Origin: Escherichia coli
GTDB taxonomy: Bacteria > Pseudomonadota > Gammaproteobacteria > Enterobacterales > Enterobacteriaceae
NCBI RefSeq assembly: GCF_030295525.1
Contig: NZ_AP027212.1
Reading direction: 5' to 3' (one strand)
Length of the DNA stretch: 32,000 bases
Part shown: positions 27,070 to 32,000 of the stretch, in pieces
Position numbering within the stretch: the stretch's first letter is position 1
Layout of the letters: each line of letters starts with the position of its first letter
Notes under the pieces: generated by a model
What the model was told of the DNA's origin: nothing
The model's database searches: none
The model's input: only the letters and a program-made list of their open reading frames with translations
Translations under genes and position numbers: made by a program

Positions 27070-27209
27070 TAGCGATAATTTTACTCATCATCCTTCACAT
27101 CTGGCTCTGTAGACAGGGTGGTGATCACTTCTGGAGTAAATCCAGATTAAACATCTCATTGCTGATGCTTGATATTGAGCATCTGGCGCGCGGTAAGGGG
27201 CTGCGTTGA
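27066..27209 (+). CDS. 47-aa putative membrane protein overlapping the Rz stop
   Basis: [47 protein letters not shown] read directly. Confidence 0.5.
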   Translation: MIAIILLIILHIWLCRQGGDHFWSKSRLNISLLMLDIEHLARGKGLR

Positions 27210-27243
27210 GATAAGAGCCAGTTCATTACAAATACCAGGATTT

Positions 27244-27268
27244 AGCCTCGCATTCGCGGGGCTTTTTA
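27244..27268 (+). terminator. intrinsic terminator downstream of the lysis genes
   Basis: AGCCTCGC-ATTC-GCGGGGCT-TTTTA. Confidence 0.8.
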
Positions 27269-27282
27269 TATCTGAATTTCAC

Positions 27283-27388
27283 AGCGCATCTCACGCGCAT
27301 ATTAACGAGAGCCTTTCAGTAAGCGAGCCTGAGAAATGCCGTTATAGGTGGCGACCTCTCTCGGGCGGCTTTTCTGTGAGACAGGCTC
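27283..27388 (+). ncRNA. putative structured RNA element, copy B (upstream of the Rha gene)
   Basis: outer stem GAGCCTG/CAGGCTC, inner stem AGAAATGCCG/CGGCTTTTCT, loop GGCGACCTCTCTCG. Confidence 0.65.
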
Positions 27389-27411
27389 ACTTTCTAAAAG
27401 GTAAAGACGCT

Positions 27412-27936
27412 ATGAATAATCATTCAGTTATTCCAGCCTTCGACTTCCGAGAAATGGTGCAAGCCAAAAACGGAGAGGTCGTTACCACATCCAGAAAAAT
27501 TGCCAAGTACTTCGGCAAGCGACACGGTGATGTTCTCAGGAAAATCGAGCAGGTTAAGGCTGATTGCTCGCGTGAGTTTAGCCAACGCAATTTTGCGTCG
27601 GCTGATTATATCGATGAGCAGGGCAAGGTTCGCCCGATGTACAGCCTGACGAAAGATGGCTGGATCATGGTTGTGATGGGGTTCACCGGGAAAGCTGCTG
27701 CGGCAATCAAGGAGAGCTATATCGCAGCATTCAACTGGATGGCAGAACAACTGAGCCGCCGCATGGCAATTGGCGAAGAAATGCAGCACCGCTACGCCAT
27801 CAAAGAAACACGCTCAAAGCTGAAAGGTACGATCGGCAGTCGGTTAATGAACGAACGGAAGAAAGAGAAGCGTGTCCTGGCTGTCGAGCATGAATACATC
27901 TTGCAGGTGACACAGCCTGAACTGCTGATTAATTGA
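27412..27936 (+). CDS. rha: Rha-family phage regulatory protein/antirepressor
   Basis: 174 aa; NGEVVTTSRKIAKYFGKRHGDVLRKIEQ and DGWIMVVMGFTGKAAAAIKESYIAAFNWM. Confidence 0.9.
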   Translation: MNNHSVIPAFDFREMVQAKNGEVVTTSRKIAKYFGKRHGDVLRKIEQVKADCSREFSQRNFASADYIDEQGKVRPMYSLTKDGWIMVVMGFTGKAAAAIKESYIAAFNWMAEQLSRRMAIGEEMQHRYAIKETRSKLKGTIGSRLMNERKKEKRVLAVEHEYILQVTQPELLIN

Positions 27937-28042
27937 AGATGTCATTACAAAGCCTATCTACGGGGGGGGGCTTGATAATGGCTTATACCCTGCACGGGAT
28001 AACTTAACTGATATCCCTTTTAACGGATAAACGGAGCCAACA

Positions 28043-28285
28043 ATGGCAGAGATTATTCCCATGACTGAAGAACAGAAATTCCAGTTAGAGATTTACAAGC
28101 TGGTCATGAACCAGAACGCAGCAGCAGAAGAAGCATTTCAATTCATTGGTACTGACGAACTGAAGCTTGAACTGTTCAAAATTCACTTCCAGTCAGGCGG
28201 CGCTAATTCAGATATCACGATCCGCACATTCGAAGCGGTGCGTAAATCGAAGGAAGCGTTAGACCTGTTCACCACCGGAGCATGA
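28043..28285 (+). CDS. DUF2560-like phage protein
   Basis: 80 aa, position between rha and terS as in P22-like phages. Confidence 0.75.
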   Translation: MAEIIPMTEEQKFQLEIYKLVMNQNAAAEEAFQFIGTDELKLELFKIHFQSGGANSDITIRTFEAVRKSKEALDLFTTGA

Positions 28286-28286
28286 T

Positions 28287-28466
28287 GTGAGCCGCGTAAT
28301 CAATTTGGGTAAGGAGAAGAAATTCCCAATTACTCAAGAGCTATACGAGCGGCTGGAAAGCGTCATCCATGATTACGATGGTGAAATCAGTTTATGCGAG
28401 GCGATTGGTACACTCGAATTGCTGAAGCAGTCACTGATTGAAGGCGCGAAAGAGTCCTCAGCCTGA
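28287..28466 (+). CDS. 59-aa phage protein (GTG start)
   Basis: MSRVINLGKEKKFPITQELYERLESVIHDYDGEISLCEAIGTLELLKQSLIEGAKESSA read directly. Confidence 0.65.
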   Translation: MSRVINLGKEKKFPITQELYERLESVIHDYDGEISLCEAIGTLELLKQSLIEGAKESSA

Positions 28467-28489
28467 AATGACAATTAAGTGAGATGAAT

Positions 28490-28912
28490 ATGGCGACTGA
28501 ACCAAAAGCTGGTCGCCCCTCTGATTATATGCCGGAGGTGGCTGACGATATCTGCTCGTTGCTTTCTTCTGGCGAAAGTTTGCTGAAAGTATGTAAGCGT
28601 CCTGGTATGCCGGATAAGTCCACTGTTTTCCGCTGGTTGGCAAAGCATGAGGATTTTCGCGACAAGTACGCGAAGGCAACTGAGGCACGAGCTGATTCTA
28701 TTTTCGAAGAGATATTCGAAATTGCTGACAATGCGATTCCAGATGCTGCTGAGGTGGCAAAGGCAAGACTTCGCGTTGATACCCGCAAATGGGCGCTGGC
28801 CCGAATGAATCCCCGTAAGTATGGCGACAAGGTAACAAACGAGCTTGTCGGCAAAGACGGCGGCGCAATCCAGATTGAAACATCACCGATGAGTACTCTA
28901 TTCGGAAAATGA
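28490..28912 (+). CDS. terminase small subunit, Sf6-like
   Basis: 140 aa from MATEPKAGRPSDYMPEVADDICSLLSSGESLLKVCKRPGMPDKSTVFRWLAKHEDF. Confidence 0.9.
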   Translation: MATEPKAGRPSDYMPEVADDICSLLSSGESLLKVCKRPGMPDKSTVFRWLAKHEDFRDKYAKATEARADSIFEEIFEIADNAIPDAAEVAKARLRVDTRKWALARMNPRKYGDKVTNELVGKDGGAIQIETSPMSTLFGK

Positions 28913-30321
28913 CCTCGATTAATCCTATCTTTGAACCGTTCATTGAGGCGCATCGCTACAAAGTCGCCAAAGGCGGTCGAGGTAGCGGTAAGTCATGGGC
29001 AATTGCGAGGCTGCTTGTTGAAGCGGCGCGTCGGCAGCCTGTGCGTATTCTCTGCGCTCGTGAACTGCAAAACAGTATCAGCGATTCGGTAATCCGGTTG
29101 CTTGAAGACACCATCGAGCGGGAAGGGTATTCGGCTGAGTTTGAAATTCAGCGTTCAATGATTCGTCATCTCGGAACGAACGCTGAATTCATGTTCTACG
29201 GCATCAAAAACAACCCGACGAAGATTAAATCGCTCGAAGGCATTGATATCTGCTGGGTGGAAGAAGCGGAAGCGGTAACGAAGGAATCATGGGATATCCT
29301 GATTCCAACCATCCGCAAGCCATTTTCCGAAATATGGGTGAGCTTCAACCCGAAAAACATCCTCGACGATACCTATCAGCGATTCGTCGTAAATCCTCCC
29401 GATGACATTTGCCTGCTGACGGTGAACTACACCGACAACCCGCACTTTCCTGAAGTCCTCCGTCTGGAGATGGAAGAGTGTAAACGCAGAAATCCGACAC
29501 TGTATCGTCACATCTGGCTTGGTGAGCCAGTAAGCGCAAGTGATATGGCAATCATCAAACGTGAATGGCTTGAAGCTGCAACTGATGCGCACAAGAAACT
29601 CGGATGGAAAGCGAAAGGCGCTGTTGTTTCTGCGCATGACCCGTCAGATACAGGGCCAGATGCTAAAGGTTACGCATCGCGCCACGGTTCGGTAGTTAAG
29701 CGCATTGCCGAAGGTCTGCTGATGGACATCAACGATGGTGCTGACTGGGCTACTTCGCTGGCGATTGAAGACGGCGCTGACCACTACCTGTGGGATGGTG
29801 ATGGTGTTGGTGCCGGGCTACGCAGACAGACAACGGAAGCGTTCTCCGGCAAGAAAATCACCGCCACGATGTTCAAGGGCAGCGAATCGCCATTCGATGA
29901 AGATGCGCCGTATCAGGCCGGAGCATGGGCTGATGAAGTCGTGCAGGGCGACAACGTTCGCACTATTGGCGATGTATTCCGCAATAAGCGAGCGCAATTC
30001 TATTACGCGCTGGCTGACAGGCTGTATCTGACATATCGGGCGGTTGTTCACGGTGAGTATGCAGACCCCGACGACATGCTGAGTTTCGACAAAGAAGCGA
30101 TAGGCGAGAAGATGCTGGAGAAGCTGTTTGCAGAACTGACGCAGATTCAGCGCAAATTCAATAACAACGGGAAGCTGGAGCTTATGACTAAGGTCGAAAT
30201 GAAGCAGAAGCTCGGTATTCCATCTCCTAACCTGGCTGATGCGCTGATGATGTGTATGCATTGCCCGGCATTGGTCCGCGAAGAAACTGAAATATACGTT
30301 CCCTCATCCTCCGGTTGGTAA
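28909..30321 (+). CDS. terminase large subunit, Sf6-like
   Basis: 470 aa; ATPase motif KGGRGSGKSWAIARLL, nuclease region. Confidence 0.96.
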   Translation: MTSINPIFEPFIEAHRYKVAKGGRGSGKSWAIARLLVEAARRQPVRILCARELQNSISDSVIRLLEDTIEREGYSAEFEIQRSMIRHLGTNAEFMFYGIKNNPTKIKSLEGIDICWVEEAEAVTKESWDILIPTIRKPFSEIWVSFNPKNILDDTYQRFVVNPPDDICLLTVNYTDNPHFPEVLRLEMEECKRRNPTLYRHIWLGEPVSASDMAIIKREWLEAATDAHKKLGWKAKGAVVSAHDPSDTGPDAKGYASRHGSVVKRIAEGLLMDINDGADWATSLAIEDGADHYLWDGDGVGAGLRRQTTEAFSGKKITATMFKGSESPFDEDAPYQAGAWADEVVQGDNVRTIGDVFRNKRAQFYYALADRLYLTYRAVVHGEYADPDDMLSFDKEAIGEKMLEKLFAELTQIQRKFNNNGKLELMTKVEMKQKLGIPSPNLADALMMCMHCPALVREETEIYVPSSSGW

Positions 30322-30323
30322 AC

Positions 30324-32000
30324 ATGGCAGAGACATTAGAGAAAAAACATGAGCGGATCATGCTCAGGTTTGACCGCGCCTATTCTCCACAGCAGGAAGT
30401 GCGCGAAAAGTGCATTGAAGCTACGAGGTTTGCTCGTGTCCCCGGAGGTCAATGGGAAGGAGCAACGGCGGCTGGAACTAAGCTTGATGAGCAGTTCGAG
30501 AAGTATCCTAAGTTTGAAATCAATAAGGTTGCAACTGAACTTAACCGCATCATTGCAGAATACCGCAATAACAGAATCACCGTTAAGTTTCGTCCTGGTG
30601 ACAGAGAGGCAAGCGAAGAGTTAGCCAATAAATTAAATGGTCTGTTCCGTGCTGACTACGAAGAAACTGATGGCGGTGAGGCTTGCGATAATGCATTTGA
30701 CGACGCTGCTACTGGTGGTTTCGGTTGCTTCCGTTTGACGTCGATGCTGGTCAATGAATACGACCCCATGGACGATCGTCAGCGTATTGCTATTGAACCA
30801 ATATACGACCCGTCGCGCTCTGTGTGGTTTGACCCTGACGCTAAGAAGTACGACAAATCTGACGCGTTGTGGGCGTTCTGTATGTATTCGTTGTCACCTG
30901 AAAAATATGAGGCTGAATACGGAAAGAAACCTCCTGCTTCTCTGGATGTAACGTCTATGACCAGTTGGGAATATGACTGGTTTGATGCAGATGTTATTTA
31001 CATAGCGAAGTATTACGAAGTTCGTAAAGAGTCTGTTGACGTCATCAGTTATCGACATCCAATCACTGGAGAGATTGCAACATACGACAGTGATCAGGTT
31101 GAAGATATTGAAGATGAACTGGCAATAGCTGGATTTCAGGAAGTGGCAAGGCGCTCAGTGAAGCGCCGTCGTGTGTATGTATCCGTAGTGGATGGTGATG
31201 GTTTCCTTGAGAAACCTCGACGTATTCCTGGTGAGCATATCCCCCTCATCCCGGTTTATGGAAAACGCTGGTTCATTGATGACATTGAGCGTGTCGAAGG
31301 ACATATTGCAAAAGCAATGGATCCACAGCGTTTGTATAACCTTCAGGTATCAATGCTGGCTGATACTGCAGCGCAAGACCCCGGTCAGATCCCTATAGTT
31401 GGCATGGAGCAAATTCGTGGACTTGAGAAGCACTGGGAGGCTCGCAACAAGAAACGCCCAGCGTTCTTGCCGTTGCGCGAAGTGAGAGATAAATCTGGCA
31501 ATATTATCGCTGGAGCTACCCCGGCAGGATATACACAGCCTGCGGTTATGAATCAGGCATTGGCTGCATTACTACAGCAAACCAGTGCAGATATTCAGGA
31601 GGTTACAGGCGGAAGTCAGGCCATGCAGCAGATGCCAAGTAATATTGCTCAGGAAACGGTTAACAACTTGATGAACAGAGCAGATATGGCTTCGTTTATC
31701 TATCTGGACAATATGGCGAAAAGTCTTAAACGCGCTGGTGAAGTATGGCTGTCAATGGCTCGTGAAGTGTACGGTTCAGAGCGTGAAGTGCGCATCGTTA
31801 ACGAAGATGGAAGTGATGATATCGCTGTCCTGAGCGCACAGGTTGTTGACAGGCAAACAGGGGCAGTTGTTGCGTTAAATGACCTTTCTGTCGGTCGATA
31901 CGATGTGACGGTTGATGTTGGACCAAGCTACACAGCACGACGTGATGCAACGGTTTCTGTACTGACAAATGTCCTTAGCTCTATGCTTCCAACAGACCCA
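30324..32000 (+). CDS. portal protein, P22/Sf6-like (truncated by window)
   Basis: long open frame MAETLEKKHERIMLRFDRAYSPQQEVREKCIEATRFARVPGGQWEGA... to window end; absent from ORF track only because it lacks a stop. Confidence 0.92.
   Translation, partial: MAETLEKKHERIMLRFDRAYSPQQEVREKCIEATRFARVPGGQWEGATAAGTKLDEQFEKYPKFEINKVATELNRIIAEYRNNRITVKFRPGDREASEELANKLNGLFRADYEETDGGEACDNAFDDAATGGFGCFRLTSMLVNEYDPMDDRQRIAIEPIYDPSRSVWFDPDAKKYDKSDALWAFCMYSLSPEKYEAEYGKKPPASLDVTSMTSWEYDWFDADVIYIAKYYEVRKESVDVISYRHPITGEIATYDSDQVEDIEDELAIAGFQEVARRSVKRRRVYVSVVDGDGFLEKPRRIPGEHIPLIPVYGKRWFIDDIERVEGHIAKAMDPQRLYNLQVSMLADTAAQDPGQIPIVGMEQIRGLEKHWEARNKKRPAFLPLREVRDKSGNIIAGATPAGYTQPAVMNQALAALLQQTSADIQEVTGGSQAMQQMPSNIAQETVNNLMNRADMASFIYLDNMAKSLKRAGEVWLSMAREVYGSEREVRIVNEDGSDDIAVLSAQVVDRQTGAVVALNDLSVGRYDVTVDVGPSYTARRDATVSVLTNVLSSMLPTDP

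Larger units (their letters stand above)
8056..32000. mobile_element. lambdoid prophage, left portion (attL to portal gene); right end outside window
   Basis: attL, int/xis, N, cI/cro, cII, replication, nin, Q, lysis and packaging genes in lambdoid order. Confidence 0.97.

Noticed and set aside
27169-27411. N-terminal extension of the Rha ORF (27169 start, non-ATG)
   Set aside because: It would run through an intrinsic terminator and the structured RNA element. The ATG at 27412 follows AAAGGT and gives the expected Rha N-terminus.
29818-30261. Minus-strand 147-aa ORF antisense to terL
   Set aside because: Shadow ORF inside a strongly coding, conserved terminase gene; no ribosome-binding site or family match seen.

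Overview
Escherichia coli-type chromosome running into the left part of a lambdoid prophage. Positions 1-8050 are host: pgl 3' end, ybhD, ybhH, ybhI, an ERIC element, ybhJ, a REP/BIME and ybhC. The prophage starts at a lambda-type attL (core 8056-8070, GCTTTTTTATACTAA) and runs off the right end. It is a mosaic. Lambda-like parts are int, xis, N, both nut sites, cII, several nin genes, Q, pR', tR', S, R and Rz/Rz1. The cI/cro immunity region is not lambda-type; its operator consensus is TTACCTGCAGGTAA. The replication genes (18/12) are P22-type, left recombination uses Erf plus SSB, and packaging (terS, terL, portal) is Sf6/P22-like. Most interesting points: (1) a structured RNA-like element occurs twice (about 24611-24720 and 27283-27388), with a near-identical 14-nt loop, compensating stem differences and an upstream CGAGAG complementary to the loop CTCTCG; one copy precedes an HNH endonuclease gene and the other a Rha-type antirepressor gene, so the context recalls C4/IsrK-type antirepressor-control RNAs; (2) the RNA element plus HNH gene is inserted between the late promoter pR' and the rest of the lambda 6S leader; (3) a small membrane protein gene sits behind cI in the rex position; (4) uncharacterised cargo genes sit in the ral/sieB position; (5) two tRNA genes (Asn GTT, Thr TGT) lie just past tR'; (6) there is a split operator in OL and a G8 tract splitting a membrane-protein ORF. 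No database search or folding program was run. Family names come from recognised sequence motifs.
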